The translations under genes and the position numbers were made by a program. The notes under the pieces were generated by a model that saw nothing but the letters and a program-made list of their open reading frames with translations, made no database searches and had not been told where the DNA came from. DNA of 64,000 bases from NCBI GenBank assembly GCA_963696385.1, contig CAVOKF010000004.1:1056001-1120000 (forward strand), in the 5' to 3' direction. Positions 11,246 to 21,332 of this stretch are shown here, piece after piece (the stretch's first letter is position 1; each line of letters starts with the position of its first letter). The DNA comes from an uncultured delta proteobacterium (GTDB lineage Bacteria; Myxococcota_A; Polyangia; Polyangiales; Polyangiaceae).

Positions 11246-11539
11246 ATGAACTCCATCACGCGCGACGGGCGCTCCTGGACACCGGAATATCTGCACGCGA
11301 TCAATGCGCAAGTCTGCATCGGGTGCGGCCGGTGTTTCAAGGTGTGCGGGCGACACGTAATGACGCTCAAGGGGGTGGGCGACGAGGGCCAGCTCGTGTC
11401 GCTCGACGAAGACGACGAAGACATCGAGCGCAAGGTGATGGCCATGGATGACGCGGGTGCATGCATCGGGTGCGGAGCGTGTGCGCGAGTCTGTCCAACG
11501 AATTGTCAGACACACGGCACCGAGCGCGCCGCCGAATGA
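11246..11539 (+). CDS. fdxB: nif-specific ferredoxin III
   Basis: TRDG..WTPEY...CIGCGRCFKVC...CIGCGACARVCP. Confidence 0.92.
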   Translation: MNSITRDGRSWTPEYLHAINAQVCIGCGRCFKVCGRHVMTLKGVGDEGQLVSLDEDDEDIERKVMAMDDAGACIGCGACARVCPTNCQTHGTERAAE

Positions 11540-11587
11540 CCGTCGGCCCAGGGGGACGAGGCAACAAGGACCGAACAGGACGGCAAG

Positions 11588-12214
11588 ATGCAAAGCGCGG
11601 ACGTATACGGATGGTCGATGAGCGGGGGGCCGCAATCGGCCTGTGACCGCTTCGACGCCCACGTTGTGGCTTCCACGCTCAGCTTGGCCATGCTGGAAAG
11701 CGCGGGGGAGCGACGATCGCTGGCCGCCGCGATGGGTCTGGAGTCGGCCACAGTGACCCGCCTGGTGGGCGCGACGTTCCCGCATGCGCGCGACGTCTTC
11801 GCTCGGCTCGAGACGACCGACCCGGTCGTCGTCGCCCCGGACGAAGCTTGCCTGCGCCAGCTTCTCGTTCGGTGCACCACCCATGGTAGTCCATTCCAAG
11901 AACAGCTGGCGTCGATCGTCGCCCGCCGCGCCCAGCGCCCCAACCACCTGTGGCAGGACCTCGGCTTGCGCAATCGGCGCGAGCTCTCGTGGTTGATGGA
12001 CCGCCACTTCGAGTGGCTTGCCGCGCGCAATGCGCGCGACATGAAGTGGAAGAAGTTTCTGTACCGTACCATCTGTCGCGACGGCAGCTTCCCGATCTGC
12101 ACAGCGCCGAGCTGCGCCGCATGCTCGGATTTCGACGGCTGCTTCGGCGACGAGAGCGGCGAGAGCTTGCTCGCCGTCGTTCGCCGGGAGGCCGAGGGCT
12201 CGGCGGTCCGCTAA
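11588..12214 (+). CDS. nifQ: NifQ molybdenum donor
   Basis: NHLWQDLGL...MKWKKFLYR..C....ICTAPSCAACSDFDGCFG. Confidence 0.93.
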   Translation: MQSADVYGWSMSGGPQSACDRFDAHVVASTLSLAMLESAGERRSLAAAMGLESATVTRLVGATFPHARDVFARLETTDPVVVAPDEACLRQLLVRCTTHGSPFQEQLASIVARRAQRPNHLWQDLGLRNRRELSWLMDRHFEWLAARNARDMKWKKFLYRTICRDGSFPICTAPSCAACSDFDGCFGDESGESLLAVVRREAEGSAVR

Positions 12215-12384
12215 CCCGGCCGATTTCTTCTTGCGTCTCGGACGCAGCCTACGAAATTGGAGATGCAACGCCCTTTCGTCGAGACGATGATCGGCGCCGT
12301 TCCGCGTTTTCGGCTCCTGGAGAGAGCAGGCGCGGCTCGGACGAAAGATTCGAAGGCGCTCGATTTTGCCTCTGGCTGAAGTCT

Positions 12385-13485
12385 TCAAGCGACGAGCGCG
12401 ACGCTCTTGACCAGGGCGTGAACGACGAGCCCCGGTGCAAGCTCCAGCACATCGCGCGAGCGCCTCGTGATTCGCGCCAAGAGGGGGGTCTCCAAAGTCC
12501 CGACGGCAAGGCGAATGTTCACCCGGTCGGGACCGTCATCTTGCAGATCCACGATGCGCGCCGCGAGGACGTTGAGAATGCTGGTGCGGCCCGGTGGTTC
12601 ACGCGCAAGGCTGACGTCGCGGGCGAGCACGCGGACACGAACGTGCGCACCGTTCGGTCGATCGACCCGCCCGATCCAGAGCGACACGTCGCCGAACACC
12701 ACTCGGGTGAGCTGATCCGTCTCGTCGTATTCTGCCACCTCCGCGCCAATCACCACGCCACTCTCGTCGAATCGTGCGATCGGAAGGTCGAGCCGCGCGA
12801 GCATGTCCGCGGTGGGTCCGCTCGCGACGGCGCGACCGCTCTCGAGAAGCACGAAATGGTCGGCGAGCCGAGCAACCTCTTCGAGCGCGTGGCTGACGTA
12901 GATGATAGGAATCGACAGTCCATCGCGGAGCCGTTCCAGGTACGGGAGGAGCTCCGCTTTGCGGGCCAGATCTTGAGAAGCCAGCGGCTCGTCCATGAGC
13001 AAGAGCCGGGGGCCCGCGAGCAGAGATCGCGCGATGGCCACGCGCTGCCCCTCGCCACCGGAAAGGTGCGACGACGACCGATCAAGCAGGTGTCCAATGC
13101 CGAGAAGTTCGACCACGGACTGAACGTTGGCGAGGGCCCGGGCCCCGCCGCGTTTGCGACCGTAGGCGAGATTGCCTCGGACCGAGAGGTGGCGAAAAAG
13201 GCTCGGGTCTTGGAATACGTATCCCACGGCACGTTCGTGCGTCGGCACGAACACCCCGCGGTCATCGTCTTGCCAACAATCGTCGCCCACATGAACGGCG
13301 CCACTCGCACGCTCGAGTCCCGCGAGCACACGCAGGCACGTGGTCTTGCCCGAGCCGGAGGGCCCGAACAATGCCGTGATTCCACCGCCAGGCAGATCCA
13401 ACGCGACGCTAAGCCGAAAGCTGCCAAGCGAGAGGTCAAATGTCGCCCGAACGCGGCGGGATTCAGAACGGTCTTGGCTTGGCAC
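12385..13485 (-). CDS. modC: Molybdate ABC transporter ATPase
   Basis: GPSGSGKT, LSGGE, LLMDEP, C-terminal TOBE (ARITRRS..LEL.PG..V.ALVKSVAL). Confidence 0.92.
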   Translation of the reverse strand: MPSQDRSESRRVRATFDLSLGSFRLSVALDLPGGGITALFGPSGSGKTTCLRVLAGLERASGAVHVGDDCWQDDDRGVFVPTHERAVGYVFQDPSLFRHLSVRGNLAYGRKRGGARALANVQSVVELLGIGHLLDRSSSHLSGGEGQRVAIARSLLAGPRLLLMDEPLASQDLARKAELLPYLERLRDGLSIPIIYVSHALEEVARLADHFVLLESGRAVASGPTADMLARLDLPIARFDESGVVIGAEVAEYDETDQLTRVVFGDVSLWIGRVDRPNGAHVRVRVLARDVSLAREPPGRTSILNVLAARIVDLQDDGPDRVNIRLAVGTLETPLLARITRRSRDVLELAPGLVVHALVKSVALVA

Positions 13486-13532
13486 GGAAACGAGTGCAAC
13501 GCGAAAAGGACGAGGAGCGAGAAGGCCACCAG
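13485..13532 (-). pseudogene. possible 3' remnant of modB
   Basis: LVAFSLLVLFALHSF resembles the last ModB helix and lies immediately before modC. Confidence 0.45.
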
Positions 13533-13559
13533 GCGACCCGTCGGGTCACGAACATCTTC

Positions 13560-13850
13560 TCAACCAAACTTGAACATGACTCCGTAGCCGCCGCGAGGGT
13601 AGCTCCATTCGACCTCGCCGCTGGGACCGCAGAGGACGCGGCAGGTTCCGCATTCAAGGCATCCGTCGACGCTGATCTCCACTTGCCCGGCGTCGTTGAC
13701 GTCGTAACAGCCCGCGGGGCAGGCCTTGGTCAGCGAGAGAAGTGCCTTGGACGGCTTGGCGTGTGGCTTTACTTTGATGTGAGGCCGGGCTGCGTCGACC
13801 TGATAGCGGTTCTGGAAAAGCTTCTGCTCAATCTTGACCGGAGTTGTCAT
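13560..13850 (-). CDS. fixX: Ferredoxin-like FixX
   Basis: KLFQNRY.VD..RPHI...CPAGCY...[13 protein letters not shown]...[12 protein letters not shown]. Confidence 0.93.
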   Translation of the reverse strand: MTTPVKIEQKLFQNRYQVDAARPHIKVKPHAKPSKALLSLTKACPAGCYDVNDAGQVEISVDGCLECGTCRVLCGPSGEVEWSYPRGGYGVMFKFG

Positions 13851-15151
13851 CGCCATACCCTCGCCAGTTTGAACGCATCCCCGAGAAGTCCAGTCATTGT
13901 TCGCCCCTTGCGAAAGGATGACACGATCTCCCTTTCTTTCGTTAGCTTGTCCGTGCCGTCGACGCGAAACCATGTCTGCGAGGCTTGGCTCATCAGCCTC
14001 GGATACAAGTCGACCATGTGCCGGTTGCGGTGCATGAAGTTGGGCATGTCCTTGTACTTTTTCATGTCCTTCATCACGAACGTGGCGTCGAGGCGCCGCT
14101 TGTATTCGGCCAGGTTGGCGCTCGTGCATGCGGCTCCACGCCGATGAAGCTCGATGACGGTTTCGGCCGCGACGCACCCGGTCGTCATGGCCAGGTTCGA
14201 CCCCTCGCGGTGAAGGCCATTGACGAAGTGCCCGGAATCGCCCACGACAATCCAGCCGTCGCCGTACAGCTTGGGAATCGCGCGGTAGCCGCCCTCCGGA
14301 ATCAGATGCGCCGAGTACTCCTTGATTTCCGAACCAGTCAGCAGCGGCTTGAGGCTCGGATGGCTCTTGAATTTCTCGAGGAGCGCATAGGGTGTGATGC
14401 CCTTTTCCGCGAAGTCGGACACGAGACACCCGATCCCGACCGAAAGCGACTCTTTGTTCGTGTAAATGAATCCCATGCCGACCATTCCGTCGGTCACGGT
14501 GCCCATGGCTTCGATGACAACGCCTTCGTTGTCTTTCAGGTTGAAGCGATGGTCGATGACCTCTTGCGGCAAGAAGTGCATCTCTTTGACGGCCAAGGCC
14601 ACCGTTTCCGGTTTGAGCTCGGGGCGCAGTCCTGACCGTTGACCCACGAGGCCGTTGACTCCGTCGCCCAGGACGACGACGTTCGCAAGCAGGGGTCCGC
14701 CTTCGCGATCGGTCGTGACGCCGATGACCCGCCCGGAGGCGTCCTTGACGAGATCCGTCACCGTGGTCTCGCAAATGAGTGCTGCTCCAGCTTGGCGCAC
14801 GCGGCGACTGAACCACTTGTCGAAGGGGGCTCGAATGATCGTGTAGCGATTCGGCCGCTCCTCGTTGAAGTCTTCGGACCGGTAGTGCATGCCCATGTGC
14901 GAAGAGTCGTCGAGCATCCAGAGTCGCTGTTCAATCACGTGGCGTTCAAGCGGCGCGTCTTCGCGAAAATCCGGGATGATTTTTTCGAGCGCGTCCGCGT
15001 AGAGAATGGCCCCTTGGACATTCTTCGATCCGGGGTACTCCCCTCGTTCGAGCTGCAGGACGTTCAGCCCCGCTTTGGCCATCGTGTAGGCGGCGGCATT
15101 GCCCGCCGGCCCGGCGCCTACCACGATGGCGTCGAAGCGTTCACTTTCCAT
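13847..15151 (-). CDS. fixC: FixC ETF-quinone oxidoreductase
   Basis: [49 protein letters not shown]. Confidence 0.95.
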   Translation of the reverse strand: MESERFDAIVVGAGPAGNAAAYTMAKAGLNVLQLERGEYPGSKNVQGAILYADALEKIIPDFREDAPLERHVIEQRLWMLDDSSHMGMHYRSEDFNEERPNRYTIIRAPFDKWFSRRVRQAGAALICETTVTDLVKDASGRVIGVTTDREGGPLLANVVVLGDGVNGLVGQRSGLRPELKPETVALAVKEMHFLPQEVIDHRFNLKDNEGVVIEAMGTVTDGMVGMGFIYTNKESLSVGIGCLVSDFAEKGITPYALLEKFKSHPSLKPLLTGSEIKEYSAHLIPEGGYRAIPKLYGDGWIVVGDSGHFVNGLHREGSNLAMTTGCVAAETVIELHRRGAACTSANLAEYKRRLDATFVMKDMKKYKDMPNFMHRNRHMVDLYPRLMSQASQTWFRVDGTDKLTKEREIVSSFRKGRTMTGLLGDAFKLARVWR

Positions 15152-15166
15152 GGGCGTTCTCCTGGG

Positions 15167-16261
15167 TCATCCCGCCAAGCGCACCGCCGAAAGGCGTTTG
15201 CGAAAGGCTTCCGTCAGTGCGGGGAGCAAGTGCACCGCGTCTGCCACGATGCCGACGTGGGCGAAGTCGAAGATGGGGGCGTTCGGGTCCGTGTTGATGG
15301 CCACGATGAGGTCGGCCCCCTCGACCCCCACGCGATGTTGGACGGCGCCGGAGATGCCGGCAGCGACGTACAATTTGGGGCGAATCGTCTTACCTGTTTG
15401 ACCGATCTGCCGTTCTGCGGGGATCCACCCCTTTTGCATGACCGGCCGGCTGCCGCCGTGTTCCGCCCGAAGGACGGCCGCCAGGTCCTTCACCAGGCGG
15501 AAGTTCTCGGGCGATTTCAGGCCAAGCCCTCCGGCGACGACGATGTCCGCGTACGCGAGCTCGACCTGATCCGACGCGTGGTCGGGGATGAAGGAAAGAA
15601 CCTTGGTGACGATCGATTCCTCCGGCATGTCGACCGCAAGCTCGACGATCTGGCCCCTGCGTCCCGGCGTTCGCTGGGGCATCGAAAGGACGCGGGGCCG
15701 GACCGTGGCCATTTGCGGGCGGTAGTTCAACGTGAGAATCGTGCACAGGAGCGAGCCACCGAACGTGGGGCGCGTCGCGGCCAACGAACGTTCGTCGTCG
15801 ATGGCCAGGGCCGTGCAGTCCGCGGTCAATCCGGTCAGCAGGGTTGTCGCGACGGAGCCAGCCAAATCGCGTCCGAGTGTGGTAGCACCGAGAAGCAAGA
15901 TCTCCGGCTTATACGCGTGGACCAGCTCGGTCATGGCCTTGGTGAAAGGCTCATTGCGGTAGTCGGCCAGCACGGGGTCCGTCACGAGGTACATCACGTC
16001 AGCGCCGTGCTCGAAGCCTTCGTTGGCGGCGTGCAAAAGGCCGGAGCGGCTCGAGCCCAAGACAACACCCGCCAGCTCCACCCCCAGCTTGTCGGCGAGC
16101 TTTCGGCCCTCACCGAGCAGTTCGAGAGAGACAGGGTGGATTGCCTGCCGTTCGTACTCGACGAAGACCCAAACGTGCCGATAGACCTTCAGGTGCTCGG
16201 GAAGCTCCTTCTTCTTGGAGGCGCGTCCGCTGGCGGCCGCTTTCGCAGGAGCTTGCGTCAT
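15167..16261 (-). CDS. fixB: FixB ETF alpha subunit
   Basis: [48 protein letters not shown] 16261. Confidence 0.95.
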   Translation of the reverse strand: MTQAPAKAAASGRASKKKELPEHLKVYRHVWVFVEYERQAIHPVSLELLGEGRKLADKLGVELAGVVLGSSRSGLLHAANEGFEHGADVMYLVTDPVLADYRNEPFTKAMTELVHAYKPEILLLGATTLGRDLAGSVATTLLTGLTADCTALAIDDERSLAATRPTFGGSLLCTILTLNYRPQMATVRPRVLSMPQRTPGRRGQIVELAVDMPEESIVTKVLSFIPDHASDQVELAYADIVVAGGLGLKSPENFRLVKDLAAVLRAEHGGSRPVMQKGWIPAERQIGQTGKTIRPKLYVAAGISGAVQHRVGVEGADLIVAINTDPNAPIFDFAHVGIVADAVHLLPALTEAFRKRLSAVRLAG

Positions 16262-16278
16262 GGGTGACGGGTGCTTGA

Positions 16279-16293
16279 GCAACGTTCGTTCCA
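16279..16293 (-). promoter_or_regulatory. sigma54 promoter abutting fixB
   Basis: Minus strand TGGAACGAACGTTGC, 17 nt before the ATG. Confidence 0.7.
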
Positions 16294-16441
16294 GCCCTGG
16301 CGTCAGGCCGACCCCGGTGAATTCCGCGGAGTGCCGAACCGTCCCCTTTTGCAGCCAAGCCCCGAGCCTCGTGAGGTTTCGGACCACGCGGGGTGCACCG
16401 GAGGGCCCTCGTCCGCTCAAGCGGTGGCCCGATCGCCGGAT

Positions 16442-16479
16442 TGTTGGACACCGCACACGGTCTTGTCGATCATCCGACA
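16442..16479. promoter_or_regulatory. two tandem NifA UAS between divergent promoters
   Basis: TGT-TGGACACCGC-ACA (16442-57) and TGT-CGATCATCCG-ACA (16464-79). Confidence 0.78.
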
Positions 16480-16527
16480 ACTCGCGTTTTGGGCGTCGCA
16501 TTCCCGGCCAAAGGCCCGGCTTTGCCC

Positions 16528-16542
16528 TGGTACGCGAGTTGC
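16528..16542 (+). promoter_or_regulatory. sigma54 promoter of SIR2-like gene
   Basis: TGGTACGCGAGTTGC. Confidence 0.75.
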
Positions 16543-16654
16543 TGGGTCGAGAGCGCGCCGCTCCATCCGCTTCCCGAAGGGGGCCAGGGGGCGCGCATGC
16601 GTGATGACGCGACTCGTGTTCCAAAGCCCCGCTTTCTCGAAAGGAAGAAAAGAC

Positions 16655-17545
16655 GTGACCCTAGCCGCCCCCACCGTGGAGCCGCTTTCCTGGACCGCGA
16701 TCGAGCCCCACCCGGACAGTTGGTTTCGGGAAGTCAGCGAGGGCCTACGCGCGGGAAGGTTGGCTCCGTATCTGGGTCCGGGAGTCATCGAACTTGCGCG
16801 CGCCTCCGTCCCATCGACGCAAGAGGCGCTCGCGGCGTTTTTGGGAGGCAAGGTCGCGCTGCCGCGCCGCGCGCGGGGTAACCTCGGGGCGGCCGCCCAA
16901 TACATCGAAAGCCACCGGCACAGGAGCGTGGTCGTTCAATTGATGGCGGAGGCCTTCGCCGTGCCGGTGTCGCCTCTTGCCATTCATCGGTACCTCGCCG
17001 AGCTGCCGCTGCCCCTCGTCGTCGACACCTGGTACGACGGCGCGATGCGCGCGGCCTTGGCGGGCCGGGCTAATTGGGGCGAAATTCAGGGCGTTCGCCG
17101 CTCGGGACTCGGCGGGGATCCGTACTACGCGACGTACGACGCAACCGGAGTGGCGTGCCCGATCGAGGTGGCAGACGGGTGGAAAACGGTTCTCTATAAG
17201 CCGCATGGTGCGAGCACGCCGGCGAAAAACTTCTTGGTCTCGGACTCGGACTACGTAGAAGTTTTGACCGAGATCGATATTCAGACCCCCATTCCTGAAG
17301 TGGTCAAGACGCGGCGTTCTCGCGTTGGCTTCGTGTTTCTCGGTTGTCGCCTCAACGACCAAACTTTGCGCTGCTACGCTCGTCAGCTGCTCAAGCGATC
17401 GGGCGAACGCCACTTCATCGTGATCGAGCCGGGTGTCGCAACCAGAAACGAGCGGCGTTTCATCAGCGAGCACGGCCTGATGGCGCTCGTGAGCCCGTTG
17501 GCCGCCGCCCTCGATCAGTTGACGGCCTTTCCGCGTGCGGCTTGA
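16655..17545 (+). CDS. nif-associated SIR2-like (SIR2_2) protein
   Basis: PYLGPG, VVDTWYD, LYKPHG, VSDSDY, FVFLGCR; GTG after AAGGAAG. Confidence 0.85.
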   Translation: MTLAAPTVEPLSWTAIEPHPDSWFREVSEGLRAGRLAPYLGPGVIELARASVPSTQEALAAFLGGKVALPRRARGNLGAAAQYIESHRHRSVVVQLMAEAFAVPVSPLAIHRYLAELPLPLVVDTWYDGAMRAALAGRANWGEIQGVRRSGLGGDPYYATYDATGVACPIEVADGWKTVLYKPHGASTPAKNFLVSDSDYVEVLTEIDIQTPIPEVVKTRRSRVGFVFLGCRLNDQTLRCYARQLLKRSGERHFIVIEPGVATRNERRFISEHGLMALVSPLAAALDQLTAFPRAA

Positions 17546-17662
17546 CCCCTTGTCAGTTGATGACTGAGGCTTGGCTGGCTTGGACATGGGGGAGGCAACG
17601 CGACCCGGAATGGCCCTTGCTTGGGTAGCTCGCATGGTTCCGACTGCAACCGCCGGTATGCC

Positions 17663-18181
17663 ATGAAACTGAGCGCCGACGTTCGGCTGCCGTTTGGGCG
17701 TGAAACCGTATACGTCGCGTATCGCGACGAGATGGGCAAGGTGCTCGAATTTTTGCCGAGCGTTCGGGCCGTCGACCTGAAAGCGCGACGTGAGGACGCG
17801 TTGGGGGTGCATCTGGTCCGCGAGTGGCACGGAGGAGGGGAGGTTCCCGCCGCCGTTCGCGGGATCGTGACCGAGTCCATGCTTGCGTGGGACGACTACG
17901 CGACTTGGGACGCGACGTCGTACTCCTGTGACTGGCAGATCGAATCGCGCAGCTTCCCGGACGCTCTTCGCTGCCGCGGCCGCACGTCATTCGTCGACGA
18001 GGGCGCAGGACAAACTCTCCTTGCCCTCCGCGGCACTATCGAGGTGCAGGCCCGCAGGCTCCCTGGAGTCCCGCCATTTCTGGCGGTTTCCGTGGCTCGT
18101 TCGGTGGAGGAGTTCTTGGTGGACAAAATTGAATCGAACGTGCGGCACGCGGTCGGCTGGTTCGAGAGGAATCGACCATGA
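17663..18181 (+). CDS. START/SRPBCC-fold-like hypothetical protein
   Basis: Good codon usage; VYVAYRDE...EWHGGGEVP...LAWDDYATW pattern. Confidence 0.55.
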   Translation: MKLSADVRLPFGRETVYVAYRDEMGKVLEFLPSVRAVDLKARREDALGVHLVREWHGGGEVPAAVRGIVTESMLAWDDYATWDATSYSCDWQIESRSFPDALRCRGRTSFVDEGAGQTLLALRGTIEVQARRLPGVPPFLAVSVARSVEEFLVDKIESNVRHAVGWFERNRP

Positions 18182-19182
18182 ACGCCCCGCCTCGCTCGAC
18201 CGGCTCCGGCGAGAGCCACGTTCTGCCGGTCCGTCTGCGGGAACTCCAATCGAAGTTTGAGGATCATGTCATCCTTGCGGTGCAAGGTTGGAATAAGCAC
18301 ATTGTCGACGAGACCCAACTCGAGGGCATGAGCGCGTACGCGAAGGCCGACGCCCGGGCCAAAGCCAGAGCGGAGGGCCTCGACGGATTCCTGCTCACGC
18401 TGGACTCTGCGAGTTACGATGCCGTGATGCGGGGCGCTGACGACCGCGCGCTCCGGCACGAAATGTACGAGGCCTATGCGACCCGCGCCTCCGATCGCGG
18501 ACCCCGGGCCTACCGGTTCGACAACGGCCCGATCATCGAGAACATCTTGGCCTTCCGTCACCAGGAGGCCACCCGGCTCGGCTTTCCGAACTATGCGGAG
18601 TGGTTGCTGCAAACGGAGGTGGGCGGGACGGCAGACGACGTGGAGCGCCTTCTGCTCGAGCTCAATGCGAAGGTGCGCGGGCGTGCCCAGGCCGAGCTAC
18701 ACGAGGTGTGGGCGTTCGCCAAGGCGGAGCACGGATTGAAGGGATTTCGCCCCTGGGATCTTCGGTATTACACAGAAAGGCTGGAACGAACGAAGCACGG
18801 TGTCGCTGACGTTCAGACAGGTGAATCGTTGCCCGGCACGATCCGCGGGCAGCCGATCTCCGGCGGCTCGTGCGATGTCGCGCTGACGCGGCTTTATGAG
18901 ATCGAAGCGGCGCTCTTCGATCTGCGAGTGCACCGCGACTATGTCCCCGCCGAGAAGGCATCTCGGCTACGCTCGCACGTCTTGGACACGCTGGCCCAGG
19001 CCCGTCGAGAGGTTAGCCTGCTGCCGCCGCCCCCGTGGGACCGGTTCGCCAGTAGCTTCGGGGTCGGCTTTGGCAACCGCTCGGCGCCCACCTGGGTCAT
19101 GGGCCTTTTTCTGCAATCCGGGCACGCCGACGATCCCGTCGGACGATTTAACGAGGGCGCTGGCGGGCTTACCAATGGCTAG
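18178..19182 (+). CDS. Internally deleted oligopeptidase A (M3) homologue lacking HEXXH
   Basis: EAYATRASD..DNGPII..LGFPNYAE..PWD..YY, then a jump to EAALFDLRVH..DRFASSF. Confidence 0.75.
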   Translation: MNAPPRSTGSGESHVLPVRLRELQSKFEDHVILAVQGWNKHIVDETQLEGMSAYAKADARAKARAEGLDGFLLTLDSASYDAVMRGADDRALRHEMYEAYATRASDRGPRAYRFDNGPIIENILAFRHQEATRLGFPNYAEWLLQTEVGGTADDVERLLLELNAKVRGRAQAELHEVWAFAKAEHGLKGFRPWDLRYYTERLERTKHGVADVQTGESLPGTIRGQPISGGSCDVALTRLYEIEAALFDLRVHRDYVPAEKASRLRSHVLDTLAQARREVSLLPPPPWDRFASSFGVGFGNRSAPTWVMGLFLQSGHADDPVGRFNEGAGGLTNG

Positions 19183-19253
19183 CCGGAACCGCGACGATGC
19201 GCTCTCGCCATCATGCGCCCCGCATTCGGCGTACGGACATTCCGTGTGAAGTT

Positions 19254-19269
19254 TGTCGGAACTGCGACA
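19254..19269. promoter_or_regulatory. NifA UAS
   Basis: TGT-CGGAACTGCG-ACA. Confidence 0.72.
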
Positions 19270-19311
19270 CGAGGCATGAACGAAGAGAGCGGATTCTCGC
19301 CGGCTGGGCTG

Positions 19312-19326
19312 TGGCACGTATCTCGC
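19312..19326 (+). promoter_or_regulatory. sigma54 promoter
   Basis: TGGCACGTATCTCGC. Confidence 0.72.
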
Positions 19327-19340
19327 TACGAGTCTAAACG

Positions 19341-19748
19341 ATGGCGCCCAATTCGATGACAAGCGACACGCTTTCCCTCTCGCCCTCGGCATCGCCCTCG
19401 AACTCGCCCGCCGTAACGGCCGCAGCGGAACAATTCATGCGGCGCATGGTGCGGTTCGGGGGCGCCGGCGCCGGCTTTCGACTCGTGGTGAGTCTCGGTG
19501 GGTGTTCGGGGTTGGGTTCGGAGTTCAGTCTCGAATCCGGGCCGAGGCCGGGCGACCGCGTTCTCGAGGTGAACGGCCTGAAGATTTTTCTCCCCGCCCA
19601 AAGTTACGAGCTTCTCGATGGGGTCACCATCGACTTCGCCGACACGCGAATACAAACGGGGTTGACCTTTCTGCATGCGAAGGCGAGTGGCGGATGCCAG
19701 ACGAGCAGCGCGCCCAAGTTGGTGCAGCTCGCGCCGCTCCGCTCCTGA
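19341..19748 (+). CDS. HesB/IscA-like protein, paralogue of 1279-1671
   Basis: Shares FMRRM.RFGG.GAGFRLVVS.GGCSGL..EFS and GVTIDF.DT with the first copy. Confidence 0.85.
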   Translation: MAPNSMTSDTLSLSPSASPSNSPAVTAAAEQFMRRMVRFGGAGAGFRLVVSLGGCSGLGSEFSLESGPRPGDRVLEVNGLKIFLPAQSYELLDGVTIDFADTRIQTGLTFLHAKASGGCQTSSAPKLVQLAPLRS

Positions 19749-19804
19749 CCGCGGACGGTGGATGGGCGCATGCTGCTGCGAGGCCAGCCTCGGACACGAA
19801 CCCC

Positions 19805-20218
19805 ATGGCGGCGATGGAATTGAAAACGGCGGAGGTGCCCAACCCGCACTTTGCCCGGATAGGCGGCGCGCCCGTCGTTCGTCTCCTTGTGGAGTCGTTC
19901 TATCGCCGGATGGACACGTTGCCCGAGGCGGCCGGTATCCGTGCGATGCACGCCGAGGATCTCACCGAGATTAAATTCGTGCTCCAGCTCTATCTCGTGG
20001 AGTGGCTGGGCGGTCCGAAGGACTACAGTCAGCGTCGCGGTCCCCCGAGACTGCGCGCGCGGCACTCGATGTTCCCCATCGGCGTCGCGGAGCGCGACGC
20101 ATGGATGCTGTGCATGCGCGGCGCGCTCGACGAGGTCGTCGCGGACGCGGAGCTCCGGAATCAGCTCGAGAACGCGTTCTTGCGGACCGCGAACGCGATC
20201 GTGAACACGCGCCCCTGA
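19805..20218 (+). CDS. Group II truncated haemoglobin
   Basis: IGG...LVESFY, WLGGP.DY...G.PRLRARH..FPIG..ERDAWM.CM. Confidence 0.92.
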   Translation: MAAMELKTAEVPNPHFARIGGAPVVRLLVESFYRRMDTLPEAAGIRAMHAEDLTEIKFVLQLYLVEWLGGPKDYSQRRGPPRLRARHSMFPIGVAERDAWMLCMRGALDEVVADAELRNQLENAFLRTANAIVNTRP

Positions 20219-20344
20219 GTGAGACCGTCAGCCCTCCTCCCGCGTGGAGCAGGTCCCAAAGTGGCGTAGACGCGTAAGAAAGGCCCACGTGATTCACGCG
20301 GCATCGGGTTTCTGGCTCCAGGGCGCTTTCCTACGCAGGCAATC

Positions 20345-20359
20345 CGGCACGGTTCGTGC
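20345..20359 (+). promoter_or_regulatory. sigma54 promoter
   Basis: CGGCACGGTTCGTGC upstream of AGGAG RBS. Confidence 0.65.
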
Positions 20360-20395
20360 TGAGCCGGATCGAACGAACAGGAGCGCGAATCCGAT

Positions 20396-21304
20396 ATGGC
20401 CAACGTAACATTCTCTTCTCCGGTGATGGCGCGGGACATCACCGTCTATGCCGTCGCGGGGGATCGCGGAACCATCCTCGCACTCGCCAAGGAGCACAAG
20501 ATTCCCATCCCTTTCGATTGCCAGGACGGCGAGTGCGGATCCTGTCTCGTCGAAATCAAGCACCTATCGGTCGGCGCGCGGTACGGCATCGCACTCACCG
20601 AGAAGGAGAAGGAACTCCTCCGGCAACTCGGCAGGATTAGCCGGGAAGAGATCAAGGACGCCGAGGTCAACGACATGCCGCCGCGGTTCCGACTGGCGTG
20701 CCAGTGCTTCGTTCGAAACGAGGATATTATCGTGTCCTTCGAGGGGGATACGACGCTGCCCCCCAAGGGGCCGGCTCTCTCGATCGCCGCGGCCGTTTAC
20801 CGGGGCGGCGTCTCGATCCGAACGCTGGAGGAGTTCTTGAGCTATGCGGTCAAAGTCGAGGAGGACGCGGCTATCCACTTCGAACGCCTCGCAGAGGCAA
20901 TGGATGCTTGCGGCAATCGGGATGTGGCCGTGCTGTTTCGCCAACTCGGTGGGTATTCTCGCCTCCATCTCGAAGAGGCCAAAGCGAAGTCCGTGGCGCA
21001 CGGAGTCGTGGTGACCCTTCCTGCCAACTCCGCATGGCCCGATCACGAGACACCGGAGCGTACGGCGTTCTGGGCGGGGCACCCCTCGCGCTCGCGGCTC
21101 GACGCGCTCAAGGCCGCGCTCCAAGGCGAGCGGCGCGGCTTCGAATTCTATTTTGCCGTCGCCGGGACCACGACGGATGCGGGCATCCGTGCCGTGGCCA
21201 AAGAGTTCGTCAAAGAAGAAACGGAACACGTCGATACGCTCAAACAGTGGATCGCGAAAGAAGAAGCCTCGCTGCGAGCGCCGTTCGAGGGCGTCACCTC
21301 ATGA
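20396..21304 (+). CDS. FeSII (Shethna II)-like 2Fe-2S ferredoxin fused to rubrerythrin/ferritin-like domain
   Basis: FSSP.M, AVAG.R.T.L, IPF.CQDG.CGSCLV, LTEKEK, DMPP.FRLACQ match FeSII motifs from recall; C-terminus has VEEDAA..F, GERRGFEFY, EETEH di-iron motifs. Confidence 0.82.
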   Translation: MANVTFSSPVMARDITVYAVAGDRGTILALAKEHKIPIPFDCQDGECGSCLVEIKHLSVGARYGIALTEKEKELLRQLGRISREEIKDAEVNDMPPRFRLACQCFVRNEDIIVSFEGDTTLPPKGPALSIAAAVYRGGVSIRTLEEFLSYAVKVEEDAAIHFERLAEAMDACGNRDVAVLFRQLGGYSRLHLEEAKAKSVAHGVVVTLPANSAWPDHETPERTAFWAGHPSRSRLDALKAALQGERRGFEFYFAVAGTTTDAGIRAVAKEFVKEETEHVDTLKQWIAKEEASLRAPFEGVTS

Positions 21305-21332
21305 TGCGGGCGGAGGCGAAGGAAAAGTCGCG

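Noticed and set aside
11950..13587. Long antisense or alternate-frame ORFs (e.g. 545 aa here, 542 aa at 14639, 607 aa at 28963 and 34269)
   Set aside because: Shadow ORFs expected in high-GC DNA overlapping well-supported genes
13851..14816. Long N-terminal extension of FixX
   Set aside because: Alternate frame of fixC; the real start overlaps the fixC stop at 13850
16262..16624. N-terminal extension of FixB, or a fixA remnant
   Set aside because: No ETF motifs; the region holds two promoters and two UAS
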